Assembly (NCBI GenBank): GCA_963769885.1
Contig: CAVYNH010000006.1
Location: forward strand, 512,001 to 576,000
Length of the DNA: 64,000 nucleotides
Direction: 5' to 3'
DNA from: Methanobacteriota archaeon
Lineage (GTDB): Archaea > Thermoplasmatota > E2 > DHVEG-1
Below the pieces are notes generated by a model, which worked only from the letters and a program-made list of their open reading frames with translations, did no database searches and was not told where the DNA came from. The position numbers and the translations under genes were made by a program. This document shows positions 36,964-47,050 of the stretch, one piece after another (within the stretch, counting starts at the first letter, position 1; the number at the start of each line of letters is the position of its first letter).

Positions 36964-38946
36964 ATGTCTGAAAAAAAAGTGAAAGTCCAGGCCATCCTCT
37001 TGGTCGGCGTGCTCGTCTGCGCGAGCATCGCGATCCTAGGGGTGTTCAGCTCCCTGCCGACGGCGGGGAAATATACCTACGCCTTGAACCATTTCCAGTC
37101 CTACGACGAGCTGCTCGAGTTCCTCAAGCAGCGGGCGAGTAGCTACGGATCGACTTATCTGGCGAACGCGCTGAAGGATTCGACGGCCGGCCGCGGGTCG
37201 AGCGAGCTCGGGCCCGTAAGTCCGCAGGCGCCGGTGCCGCATTCCTCGACGAACGTCCAAGTCGCCGGCGTGGACGAGCCGGATACGGTCAAGACCGACG
37301 GCACTTACATTTACACGATATCTAACAACACCCTCTTCATCGCCCTCGCCTACCCGGCCTCTGAGATGCATATCGTCGCGAAGATCTCGTTTGACATGAA
37401 CAACTCCGTGCAGTCGTTCTTCATCAACGGCGACCGGCTCGTCGCCTTCTGCTCCGGCTACGCGTACCCGATTCTCTACTATGGCGGTGGCGTCCGCGTC
37501 ATGGAAGACCTCATCTACCCTGGCTGGTACAGCACCCAGATGCAGATCCGCGTCTACGACATCAGCGACCGCAGCAGCCCCAGCCTCGTCAAATCCCTCA
37601 AGATGGACGGCTACTTCCTCGACGCCCGCATGATCGGCTCCTACGTCTACGTCGTCAGCAGCACCCCCACCTATAGCATCTACACCACCGTTGACGGCAA
37701 CGAGACCCTCCGCGTCCCCACCATCACCATCGATAACGAGACGAAGAACATCAGCGCCGACAACATCTACTACGTCGACGTCCCGGAGCTCGCGGACAGC
37801 ATGACCAACGTCCTCAGCCTCAACATCGACACCAACGACGTCAACGAGAAAAGCTTCATGCTCGGCAGCTCACAAACCATGTACGTCTCCCAGGACAACA
37901 TCTACCTCGCCACCAACCACTACCCCACCGGCATCCTCGCCGAAGAGACCAACGGCACCCCCGCCACCGAGACCACGATTATCCACAAGATCGCCATCAG
38001 CCAGGACAGCATCGACTACGTCGCCCAAGGCGAAGTCCCCGGCCACATCCTCAACCAGTTCGCCATGGACGAACACGACGGCTACTTCCGCATCGCCACC
38101 ACCACCGACTACTACAACGGCGAAGAGTACCAGACCACCAACAACGTCTACGTCCTCACCAGCGACCTCAAGCGCGCCGGCACCCTGGAGAACCTCGCAC
38201 CCGGCGAAAGCATCTACGCTGTCCGATTCCTCGGCGACCGCGCCTACCTCGTCACCTTCGTCCAAGTCGACCCGCTCTTCGTCCTCGACCTCTCCGACCC
38301 CACCAACCCCACAGTCCTCGGCGAACTCAAGATCCCCGGCTACTCCACCTACCTGCACCCCTACGACGCCACCCACATCATCGGCATCGGCCGCGAAGTC
38401 GACCGCAGCATCGACGCCGACAAGGTCCACACCCCCGGCGCCGTCTACTACACCGCCATCCAAGGCCTTAAGTTCGCCTTGTTCGACGTCACCGACGTCG
38501 CCAACCCCGTCGAACTCTACACCATCGCCCTCGGCGACCGCGGCACCGACAGCCCCGCCCTCTACGACCACCACGCCTTCCTCTTCGACCACGACACAGG
38601 CCTCCTCGTCATCCCCGTCAGCCTCTGGGAGATTCCCCAGACGACCCTCGACACCCTCAACGACAGCAACGCCACTGAGATCGCCTGGGACTGGGGCCAG
38701 TACACCTTCCAGGGCGCCTACGTCTACCGCCTCACCATCGACGACGGCTTCCAGCTCCAAGGGCGCATCACCCACCGCGACACCAACGATCCAGTAGACT
38801 CATGGTCCTACGGCGTCAGCACCGACATCACCCGCAGCCTCTACATCGGCGACACCCTCTACACCATCTCCACCAGCAAAATCAAGGCCAACAGCCTCGC
38901 CGCAGGCGACAACCTGCAGGAGCTCGCAAGCATCACGCTCGCCTAA
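36964..38946 (+). CDS. Secreted beta-propeller domain protein (COG4880-like)
   Basis: Signal anchor; TNVQVAGVDEPD.VKTDG, NQFAMDE, GESIYAVRF, VDPLFV.DL, LKIPGYS.YLHP. Confidence 0.9.
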   Translation: MSEKKVKVQAILLVGVLVCASIAILGVFSSLPTAGKYTYALNHFQSYDELLEFLKQRASSYGSTYLANALKDSTAGRGSSELGPVSPQAPVPHSSTNVQVAGVDEPDTVKTDGTYIYTISNNTLFIALAYPASEMHIVAKISFDMNNSVQSFFINGDRLVAFCSGYAYPILYYGGGVRVMEDLIYPGWYSTQMQIRVYDISDRSSPSLVKSLKMDGYFLDARMIGSYVYVVSSTPTYSIYTTVDGNETLRVPTITIDNETKNISADNIYYVDVPELADSMTNVLSLNIDTNDVNEKSFMLGSSQTMYVSQDNIYLATNHYPTGILAEETNGTPATETTIIHKIAISQDSIDYVAQGEVPGHILNQFAMDEHDGYFRIATTTDYYNGEEYQTTNNVYVLTSDLKRAGTLENLAPGESIYAVRFLGDRAYLVTFVQVDPLFVLDLSDPTNPTVLGELKIPGYSTYLHPYDATHIIGIGREVDRSIDADKVHTPGAVYYTAIQGLKFALFDVTDVANPVELYTIALGDRGTDSPALYDHHAFLFDHDTGLLVIPVSLWEIPQTTLDTLNDSNATEIAWDWGQYTFQGAYVYRLTIDDGFQLQGRITHRDTNDPVDSWSYGVSTDITRSLYIGDTLYTISTSKIKANSLAAGDNLQELASITLA

Positions 38947-38980
38947 ATAACAGGCGGATTCTTCCCCGCATAGAAACCCC

Positions 38981-39050
38981 GTGAGAGAGGGCCTCCAATC
39001 CTCGTTCTTCCTCCTTTCCTCGTCCCCCTCTCTCACCCCTCCTTTTTTCT
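38981..39050 (+). terminator. 11-bp inverted repeat followed by a T-run
   Basis: GTGAGAGAGGG (38981-91) / CCCTCTCTCAC (39026-36), then CCTTTTTTCT. Confidence 0.5.
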
Positions 39051-39138
39051 CCCTAAAATACCGATACCGTTTTATAAGGCAAAAGGATAACCATCCAGCG
39101 GGTCCCTAACCACGGCCCATTCTCGGAGGTAAATATCC

Positions 39139-40446
39139 ATGCCGATTCGACCCACAGAAGTCCACCAGGTGCTCTCAAAATACATGCTCGCGGACGGCTT
39201 CGACCTCGTCCTCGACCTCCAAAAAAGCCACGGCTGCCAACTCTACGACTCCAAACACGGGAAAACCTACCTGGACTGCTTCTCTTTCTTCGGCACCGCG
39301 CCCCTCGGCTGCAACCACCCCCGCATGACCGACCCCGACTTCATCAAAAAGATCGGGGGCATCGCGATCAACAACCCCTCCAACTCCGACGTCTACACCA
39401 TCGAGATGGCCGAGTTCGTCCACGCCTTCTCCACCATCGCCATGCCCAAGCACTTCCAGCATCTCTTCTTCATCAGCGGCGGCGCCCTCGCCGTCGAAAA
39501 CGGCCTCAAAGTCGCCTTCGACTGGAAAGTCCGCAAGAATATCGCCGCCGGCAAAGGCGAAAAAGGCTCCCAGATTATCCACTTCAAGGACGCCTTCCAT
39601 GGACGCACCGGGTACACCGTCTCCATGACTAACACCTTCAACATCAACAAGACCAAGTACTTCGCCAAATTCGCCTGGCCCCGTATCGACAACCCTAAGA
39701 TCGTGTTCCCTCTCAACGCCAAGAACCTCGACGATGTCAAGCGGCGGGAAGCCGCCGCCCTCACCCAGATCCAAGACGCCATTGACAAAAATCCCGACGA
39801 CATCGCCGGACTCATCATCGAACCAATCCAGTCGGAAGGCGGAGACAACCATTTCCGATCTGAATTCTTCCATGCCCTCCGCCGGGTCTGCGACGAGAAC
39901 GACATCATGTTCATCCTCGACGAGGTCCAGACCGGAGTCGGCATCACCGGCAAGATGTGGGCGTACCAGCACTTCGGCTTCGAACCCGACATCATCGCCT
40001 TCGGCAAGAAGACCCAGGTCTGCGGCATCATGGTTAGCGACCGCGTCAACGAAGCCAAGGACAATGTCTTCCAGGTCCCCAGCCGGATCAACTCCACCTG
40101 GGGCGGTAGCCTCGTCGACATGGTACGATCCCAAAAATACTTCGAGATTATCAAAGAAGAGCGGCTCGTCGAGAAGGCCGCGACAAACGGCGTCTACCTG
40201 CTCAAAGAACTGCAGGAAATCCAGGGGAACCACCCCAAGATGGTTTCCAACGTCCGCGGCCGTGGCCTTCTGTGCGCCTTCGACCTGCCGACGACGGAGC
40301 AGCGCGACGCCCTGAAGCAGAAACTGTATGAGAACGGCCTCGTCATCCTAGGCTGCGGTAGCAAATCCATCCGCTTCCGGCCGCCCCTTACGATAACGAA
40401 AGAAGAATTAGGCAGCTCGCTGGCGATGATCGACCACGCGCTGTAG
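39139..40446 (+). CDS. lat: L-lysine 6-aminotransferase (class III PLP)
   Basis: MLADGFDLVLDL, LAVEN.LK.AFDWK, FHGRTGY, EGGD, DEVQTG, FGKK.QV, NSTWGG. Confidence 0.9.
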   Translation: MPIRPTEVHQVLSKYMLADGFDLVLDLQKSHGCQLYDSKHGKTYLDCFSFFGTAPLGCNHPRMTDPDFIKKIGGIAINNPSNSDVYTIEMAEFVHAFSTIAMPKHFQHLFFISGGALAVENGLKVAFDWKVRKNIAAGKGEKGSQIIHFKDAFHGRTGYTVSMTNTFNINKTKYFAKFAWPRIDNPKIVFPLNAKNLDDVKRREAAALTQIQDAIDKNPDDIAGLIIEPIQSEGGDNHFRSEFFHALRRVCDENDIMFILDEVQTGVGITGKMWAYQHFGFEPDIIAFGKKTQVCGIMVSDRVNEAKDNVFQVPSRINSTWGGSLVDMVRSQKYFEIIKEERLVEKAATNGVYLLKELQEIQGNHPKMVSNVRGRGLLCAFDLPTTEQRDALKQKLYENGLVILGCGSKSIRFRPPLTITKEELGSSLAMIDHAL

Positions 40447-40484
40447 GCTACATTCGCTCGTGTATCTCGGTAGGGGTGCTGCGC

Positions 40485-40949
40485 TTATCGGATTTTTATG
40501 TTACAACCGATAATTGTCGCGTTCACTGTTTTCGTGATATCGGGAAGGTTCAAGGCTCGGGCGACAACCGTGATGGTGATTTTCCCTAGTCCATGGACTT
40601 TAGTGATATAGAAACTGGCTGTGCCGTTACCGGCCAGGGTGATGAGACCCCAGGCCTGGCTTTTATTTACCATGCCGAGGAGTCCTCCAGTCACGATCAT
40701 CTTAATGAATAGGTCGTTCGCGGCTATGGTTCCGTTATTGTGCAAGATGGCGCTGATAGTACCGCGCCTGTTGCCGGTGATGTTCTGGATGATGACGACA
40801 GCATCATCAGTCGTAGCTTGTGGAGTTTTCGCATGTCCAGTCGAGGTTATGGTTGGCGTTTGAGCTTGTGCTGCGGTCGTGACGATAGCCAGCAAGAAAA
40901 TCGCGAGGAGAACACCAGCCTTTCTTTTCCCATTCTTTTTGAATTCCAT
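40485..40949 (-). CDS. Small secreted beta-sandwich protein
   Basis: Signal peptide ending AQA; GGGGGA SD. Confidence 0.75.
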   Translation of the reverse strand: MEFKKNGKRKAGVLLAIFLLAIVTTAAQAQTPTITSTGHAKTPQATTDDAVVIIQNITGNRRGTISAILHNNGTIAANDLFIKMIVTGGLLGMVNKSQAWGLITLAGNGTASFYITKVHGLGKITITVVARALNLPDITKTVNATIIGCNIKIR

Positions 40950-41060
40950 ATGCTTCCCCCTAAGAAATAGTGCATAGCCTTAGTGTATTTAATAATAATC
41001 TAATAAAATTTAAATACCTTAATTTTTTCCCGCTCAAAATAGAAAAGAGGTCGTGTTAGG

Positions 41061-42719
41061 TTATTTGTATGTGCAGGAGACTTGTTTTTTGATTTGCTCT
41101 ATAACGGCTTTGATTGGGGTGCGTTGCTGCTCCGTGGTGTCGCGGCTGCGGATGGTCACCTTGTGGTCGGTGAGGGAGTCGTGGTCGATGGTGACGCATA
41201 AGGGGGTGCCGACCTCGTCCATCCGGGCGTAGCGTCGGCCGATGGTCCCGGTGGTGTCGAAGTAGGTGTAGATGCAGGCGGCTCTGAGGTCGTCATTGAT
41301 TCGTTGGGCGAGGGCGACGAGTCGGTTGTCGTCGGTGAGGGGGAAGACCCCGGCGGTGATCGGGGCGATGCCCGGCGGGAAGGAGAGGATGGTGTATTCC
41401 TCGTCTTTTTTGGAGATCTCCTTGTAGTTGTGTTCGATGAGGAAGTAGAGGATGCGGTCGATACCGAAGGAGGGCTCGATGACGTTGGGGACGAATTTTT
41501 CTCCAATGGTCTTTTCTTCGACTTCGGTGACGTCATAGGCATCCTTGGGGATGGTGATGATTTTCCCGTCGAGGGTGACGTTGACTGGTCCTTTGGTTGG
41601 TGCTTCCATGGTTTCGAGGAGTGCTTTGATTTTGCCCGCGTCTTTTTTGAAGAGGGGGCCGAAGATGTCCATTTTTGGGATGATTTTTCGGTGTTTTTCG
41701 ATCTTGGGTTCTGGGTATTTGCGGACGGCGTACATGTCGACGCCGCTGGCTTGGAGGTGGGCGTTGAGGTCGTAGGCGCTGCGGTCTGCGATGCCGACGC
41801 ATTCGATCCAGCCGAAGCGGTCGCTGTAGAGCTCGGCGTCCCAGCATTCGCAGGCGTAGTGGGCGAGTTCGTCGCTGGCGTGTTTGCGGAACCGGAATTT
41901 TTTTGGGTCGATGCCGGCGGCGAGGAGGAACGAACTGGTGAGATGCATGTAGTAGGCGAGGGCTTGGCTGTTGATGATGCCTTGGTTGACGGCGTGGCCG
42001 ACGGTAACGTGGTGTTCGATGACGTTGTCGTTGAGGACGAGGGGTTCGTTGATGATGTCGTGGAATCGGGGGTGGGTTTTGGTGGTGGGGTCGATGAAGA
42101 TTTCGGCTTCGGCCATACTGAATTCGCGTTGGCGCAGGGTGCCTTGTCTTGGGCTGATTTCGTTGCGGTAGCCTTTGCCGATTTGGACGACGCCGAGGGG
42201 GAGTCGTTCGCGGTTGTATCGGTAGAGGAGGTGGAAGTTGGTGAAGATGCCTTGGGCGGTTTCTGGTCGGAGGAAGGCTGGTCTGCCGTCGCCGGCGCCG
42301 ATGGTGGTGCTGAACATGAGGTTGACGGGATGTGGGTTGGTTAAAACGGTGCCGCAGCCGAGGCATTTGATTTTCTTTTCCGCCAGGGCTTGTTCAACTG
42401 GGGTGGTGCCGATGATGTCTTCGACTTTGAAGCTTTTCTTGCATTTTGGGCAGTCGACGGTGAGGTCGGTGAATTCTTCGACGTGTCCGCTGGCTTTGAG
42501 TACTTCGTAGAGGGTGATGTCGGGGGTGGTGATTTCGATGCAGTTGTCTTTGAGGACGAAGAAGCGGCGCCAGAGGTTTTCGATGTTGTTTTTGAGTTGG
42601 GCGCCGAGGGGTCCGTAGTCGTAGAAGCCGGCGATGCCGCCGTAGATTTCGAACGACGGGTAGATGAATCCGCGTCGTTTGGCCATCGTGATGATTTTAT
42701 CGTAGATGTCTTGCGGCAT
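41061..42719 (-). CDS. glyS: Glycine--tRNA ligase (archaeal/eukaryotic type)
   Basis: LRPETAQGIF, RNEISPR, REF..AE, EPSFGIDR, IGRRYAR.DE.G. Confidence 0.97.
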   Translation of the reverse strand: MPQDIYDKIITMAKRRGFIYPSFEIYGGIAGFYDYGPLGAQLKNNIENLWRRFFVLKDNCIEITTPDITLYEVLKASGHVEEFTDLTVDCPKCKKSFKVEDIIGTTPVEQALAEKKIKCLGCGTVLTNPHPVNLMFSTTIGAGDGRPAFLRPETAQGIFTNFHLLYRYNRERLPLGVVQIGKGYRNEISPRQGTLRQREFSMAEAEIFIDPTTKTHPRFHDIINEPLVLNDNVIEHHVTVGHAVNQGIINSQALAYYMHLTSSFLLAAGIDPKKFRFRKHASDELAHYACECWDAELYSDRFGWIECVGIADRSAYDLNAHLQASGVDMYAVRKYPEPKIEKHRKIIPKMDIFGPLFKKDAGKIKALLETMEAPTKGPVNVTLDGKIITIPKDAYDVTEVEEKTIGEKFVPNVIEPSFGIDRILYFLIEHNYKEISKKDEEYTILSFPPGIAPITAGVFPLTDDNRLVALAQRINDDLRAACIYTYFDTTGTIGRRYARMDEVGTPLCVTIDHDSLTDHKVTIRSRDTTEQQRTPIKAVIEQIKKQVSCTYK

Positions 42720-42733
42720 CAGAGTTGTCCTGG

Positions 42734-43585
42734 TTATTTGCCTTTTTTGAACATGCAGCTGATGAGGTCGATGTCGGTGACCATGCCGATGAGTTTGTTG
42801 TCGGGGTCGACGACGGGGACGTGGCTGATTTTGTTGCGGTACATCTTGCGGGCGATCTCGCTGATGGGGTCGTTTTTGTATGCTTTGATGACGTTGCTGA
42901 TCATGACTTCTTTGACGGGTACTGGTGGGAGGTCGACTTTGGTGGTGCTGTAGTAGAGGCGGATGGTGTCGCGGATGCCTTCCCAGGTCCAGGCGTCTTC
43001 GTCGTCTGCCATGCCCATGTTGGTCTGGGACATTGATTCGCGGATGTGGCTGAGTTTGAAGAGGTCGCCTTCGCTGACGATGCCGGCGAGTTCGAGTTCT
43101 TTGTTGAGGACGGGGAGGGCGGTCTCGTTGGTGACGTTGATGACTTCCATGATGAAGGTGATGGGGTTGTCTTGGTAGACGGGGACGAGGTTGCGGGTGA
43201 AGTAGTGGTCGACGATGTCGTCGTACTCGTCCGGCAGCGCCTTGAGGATGTCGGTGGGCGAGATGATGCCGACGAGGTTTTTGCGTTTGTCGACGACGGG
43301 GATGCCGTGGATTCGGTTTTCGTAGAGGATTTTGGCGGCGTTGACGAGCTGGTCGTCTTTCTGGATGGTGTGTGGGTCGGTGGACATGATGAGGGCGATT
43401 TGTTCCTCGTCTGGGTTTTTGAAGATGTCGGAGCGGGTGAGGACGCCGACGACGCGTTTGGTGTCTTTCTTCAAAATGGGCATGCCGCTGACGTTGTGTT
43501 TGGCTAGGGTTTTGAGTGCCTCTCGGATGGTGCCGGGGACGTATCCGACGATGAGGTCTTTGGACATCGCGTCTTCGACTATCAT
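42734..43585 (-). CDS. Four-CBS-domain protein
   Basis: Repeated CBS motifs (GMPIL, GIPVVD, ALPVL, HVPVVD). Confidence 0.9.
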   Translation of the reverse strand: MIVEDAMSKDLIVGYVPGTIREALKTLAKHNVSGMPILKKDTKRVVGVLTRSDIFKNPDEEQIALIMSTDPHTIQKDDQLVNAAKILYENRIHGIPVVDKRKNLVGIISPTDILKALPDEYDDIVDHYFTRNLVPVYQDNPITFIMEVINVTNETALPVLNKELELAGIVSEGDLFKLSHIRESMSQTNMGMADDEDAWTWEGIRDTIRLYYSTTKVDLPPVPVKEVMISNVIKAYKNDPISEIARKMYRNKISHVPVVDPDNKLIGMVTDIDLISCMFKKGK

Positions 43586-43591
43586 GCGTTT

Positions 43592-44623
43592 TCAGACTCC
43601 AGGGGTTTGCCTTGGGGATAGGAACAATGGATTTAAAGTTTGCTTCTGTAAAACAACGATGTGATCCATTGGGTTGAGACCCTGAATAAGGGTCGGTATT
43701 TTTAACACTTTCCTTGGAGTGGTGGAGACCATTTCCAGGAGGGATTCGGTCGAGAAGACGCCGGTGGGTTGGAGGGCTCTGGCGTCGTCCAGAACGTTGG
43801 GTGATTGCAGCATGGCGTTGTCCGAGCCGAGCATCAGCCGCAGCCCGCTCTCTTTAAATGCTTTGTAGTCGACTTTTAGGCCGAAGAACTGGTAGGAGCG
43901 CGGGCAGAGGACGACCGGGATATCGGCGTCGCTGACCTTCTTGAGGTCGCTTGGGGTGGCGGCGGTGCAGTGGACGAGGAAATCCGGCTCCAATGAGAGG
44001 ACCTTTTCGATGTCTTCGCGGCTGGCTTCACTGGCGTGCAGGGCGAAAAGCATCTTTTTCTTCTTGACATAAGAGGCAAGGTTGTCGAGGTCGCCTGCTG
44101 GCCAGTCAGCGATGCCGCTGACGCCGATGCCGTGAGAGTGCTCGAGGAGTTGAGCGACTTCCCGGCGTTTATATGAGAGTCCGCGGGGCCGCGAAAGGAT
44201 GAGTGGATGGACCGTGCTTGTGTCGGTCGCGGTTTTGAGTTGTTGGATGCCGGGGAGTCCGCATTCGCGGAAGTCGATGAAGACGCTGGTGCCGCAGGCC
44301 TGCATCGTGCCGAGGGCGCGGCGCATGCTACCGATGATCTCTTCAGGGGACGTGGTGCGTAGGAGCCGGTGTTTGAGGCCGTCGGGTGGGCCGACCAATG
44401 CTTTGACGTCCCGGGGGAGTTCGATGCCGCGGTGGCGGATGAAGGCGTCCCCGAGGTGGGTGTGGGCGTTAACCATGCCGGTGAGGATGTAGCCGGTGGC
44501 GTCGGTGACATGCGGTGAGAGTCCTTCGTGGATTACGGCGTGTTTGTCCGTGATCTCTAGGTAGGCCTGGATGGGGCCGACGTCGGTGATGAGGTCTCCT
44601 TGAATGTATCGCATCCGATTCAC
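43592..44623 (-). CDS. Metal-dependent amidohydrolase
   Basis: NAHTHLGD, DFRE.G, LHASE, LVH, CPRS, GSDN. Confidence 0.88.
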   Translation of the reverse strand: MNRMRYIQGDLITDVGPIQAYLEITDKHAVIHEGLSPHVTDATGYILTGMVNAHTHLGDAFIRHRGIELPRDVKALVGPPDGLKHRLLRTTSPEEIIGSMRRALGTMQACGTSVFIDFRECGLPGIQQLKTATDTSTVHPLILSRPRGLSYKRREVAQLLEHSHGIGVSGIADWPAGDLDNLASYVKKKKMLFALHASEASREDIEKVLSLEPDFLVHCTAATPSDLKKVSDADIPVVLCPRSYQFFGLKVDYKAFKESGLRLMLGSDNAMLQSPNVLDDARALQPTGVFSTESLLEMVSTTPRKVLKIPTLIQGLNPMDHIVVLQKQTLNPLFLSPRQTPGV

Positions 44624-44787
44624 TTGAAGGGTAAGTCCAGGGTGTCTTTTATAGTCTCGTTCCCGTCATAGAAATATTTTTGAATCTGCCGGGTGTTCTG
44701 TTAGTTCCCACCTGAGGCTCGAGCTCCAAGGCTTTCTAGAGCATAGGAGAGGGAATCCGGCGGCATGGTGGGGATGAGGTGTGATGG

Positions 44788-45852
44788 ATGATGGAGAGTG
44801 TTGATTCTCGCATGCAATATGATAAATCCGGGATGCTTGAGGTGATTTCCCGGTTTCCGGACCAGATCAAGGAGTCCGTGGCGTTGGCTGGGACGGTGGA
44901 GCGGCTCCCGTTCTTAAAAATAGATAATGTCATCATCTCCGGGATGGGCGGCTCCGCGATCTCCGGGGACCTCGTCGAGGCGTTGTTCCGCGACAAGCTG
45001 GACGTCCCATTGGTGGTGAACCGTGAGCCGGATCTGCCGAAGTGGGCGAACAAGGACACCCTGGCTATTTGTCTGAGTTACTCGGGGAACACGGAAGAGA
45101 CAATCGGCGCGTTTAAGGCCGCGAGCCAGCGGAAATGCAAGATCATCAGCATCTCGACTGGTGGGAAGCTTGAGGAGCTGTCCTCGAAACGGGATGTGGT
45201 GTTTTTGAAGATCCCGTCGGGGATGCAGCCACGGGCGGCGACGCCGTTTCTGTTGTTCCCGACGATTGTGCTGCTGCATAAGGCCGGGCTGGTGAAGGCG
45301 AACATCGAGCCTGACATCGAGGAGACCGTCGCGGTGACGCGGGAGTTCGTCGCGGCGAACGGCCCGAAGATCCCGGAGGCGTCGAACCCGGCGAAGCAAT
45401 TGGCCAGACGGCTGTACGGAGCGATCCCGCAGATCTACGGGTGGGGGCCGTACGCGCCGGTAGCGACGCGCTGGCGGCAGCAGTTCAACGAGAACAGCAA
45501 GATCATCGCCCGGATGGACGTCGTCTCGGAGTCGAACCACAATGACTTGGTCGGCTGGTCTCAAAGCCCTGAGTTCACGAAACAGTTCATGTACATCCTG
45601 TTCCGCGACCGGGAGAACGAGTCGATCTCGCTGGGGACGCGGCTGGATTTCATGAAGAGCCTGGGGCAGAACGTGGCCAAGGACGTCATCGAGGTGTCGC
45701 CGAAGGGGAAGAGCCGGCTGGCGCGCATGATGCACCTGATGTGCCAGGGGGATTTCGCGAGTAACTACCTGGCGTTGCTGCGTGGCGTGGACCCAAGCCC
45801 TGTGGACATCGTGACGGAGTTGAAGCGCCGTTTGGCGGAGAAGCTCGGGTGA
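44788..45852 (+). CDS. Bifunctional phosphoglucose/phosphomannose isomerase
   Basis: GMGGSAISG, SYSGNTEET, QPRAA, NENSK, E.NHN motifs. Confidence 0.93.
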   Translation: MMESVDSRMQYDKSGMLEVISRFPDQIKESVALAGTVERLPFLKIDNVIISGMGGSAISGDLVEALFRDKLDVPLVVNREPDLPKWANKDTLAICLSYSGNTEETIGAFKAASQRKCKIISISTGGKLEELSSKRDVVFLKIPSGMQPRAATPFLLFPTIVLLHKAGLVKANIEPDIEETVAVTREFVAANGPKIPEASNPAKQLARRLYGAIPQIYGWGPYAPVATRWRQQFNENSKIIARMDVVSESNHNDLVGWSQSPEFTKQFMYILFRDRENESISLGTRLDFMKSLGQNVAKDVIEVSPKGKSRLARMMHLMCQGDFASNYLALLRGVDPSPVDIVTELKRRLAEKLG

Positions 45853-45899
45853 ATAAAACATAAATAGGCTGTCTCCGTTTCCTTCCTTTAAGTAGGTGG

Positions 45900-47003
45900 A
45901 TGAGAAGCACGCATAGTTCCCGGATATTCTCCAGTGTGTTATGTACGGTGCTCGCTAGCGTCCTGCTAATGGTTCCTTTTATTTTGTGTGGCGCTGCCCA
46001 GGATGAGCAGTTGTCGATCGAGGTCTTGGACCTGGAGCAGTCGGGCGACAACGTGATGTACGAGGGCTCGACCTATACGGTCGGGATCGGGGTCAGCGGC
46101 GGGCTGCCGGTCCTGTCCGGGGTGACGGTCTCGGTTCCCTGGGCGACGTACGTGACGACGAACGAGACGCCGATCATCGAGTTCACCGCTCCCTTGTACA
46201 CGGATCATCCGAGTTTCACCATGACCGCGGAGAAACCTGGGTATCTCTCCGCGAACATTACGTTTTCGGTGCTGCGCGGGGCGCTGCATATCTCCACGCC
46301 GTCGACGAGCGTGCGTGAGCAGGCGTCCATGGGGCTCACGGTCACGGACCAACATGGGTTCCCCATCGAGGATGCCACGATTCAGCTGCGCGGCGTGAAC
46401 ATCACGACGACGGACGCGGCGGGGAAGGCGACCGTGACCGCCCCTGAGGTCAACCAGGACCAGGAGGTCGTCGTCTCCGTGATGAAGGACGGCTACGTCT
46501 CCGGTACCCGGACGGTTGTCGTCAGCAACGTCCACAGCCAGCTGTTCACGGTCGATTTGTCGCAGATCCTGCCAATCATCATCGCCGGTGTCGTGGTGAT
46601 CTTCGCGATTGGGGTGGTCCGCTGGCGGCAGACGCATCGCCCACGGCACGTCCATCATCATGAGGTCTCGGAGCCGTCGACGATCCAGCTCGCCCATAAG
46701 CCGTCGATGGAGTCGTCAAAGGTCGAGGAAATCCGGATCCCGCTTGTCGAGAAGAAGAAACAGACCACGTTCATCCCCCGGGAGAAACCTGAGCATCATC
46801 CGGACGCGAAGCCCGTAGGAACGGCGGACTGGTTCCAGGGGACGGATTACGCGAAGTTCAAGCTTGACGAGATGACCGGGAAGATCGACGGGAAGAAGGA
46901 GGGGAAGTGGTTCGTCGGCGAGGACGACATCGAGTCCAAGGTCGACGAAACCCTCAAGAAGAAGGCGTCGCCGAAACGGGAAAGTCATAAACACTCCAAG
47001 TGA
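45900..47003 (+). CDS. Type I membrane protein with extracellular Ig-like domains and a charged cytoplasmic tail
   Basis: Signal peptide, TTDAAGKA beta-sandwich, TM helix, charged tail with two W-F-x-G repeats. Confidence 0.75.
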   Translation: MRSTHSSRIFSSVLCTVLASVLLMVPFILCGAAQDEQLSIEVLDLEQSGDNVMYEGSTYTVGIGVSGGLPVLSGVTVSVPWATYVTTNETPIIEFTAPLYTDHPSFTMTAEKPGYLSANITFSVLRGALHISTPSTSVREQASMGLTVTDQHGFPIEDATIQLRGVNITTTDAAGKATVTAPEVNQDQEVVVSVMKDGYVSGTRTVVVSNVHSQLFTVDLSQILPIIIAGVVVIFAIGVVRWRQTHRPRHVHHHEVSEPSTIQLAHKPSMESSKVEEIRIPLVEKKKQTTFIPREKPEHHPDAKPVGTADWFQGTDYAKFKLDEMTGKIDGKKEGKWFVGEDDIESKVDETLKKKASPKRESHKHSK

Positions 47004-47050
47004 CCGTGAATTTTTTAAGGAAACGCCCCATCAATCCCCCTGTTGCATCT

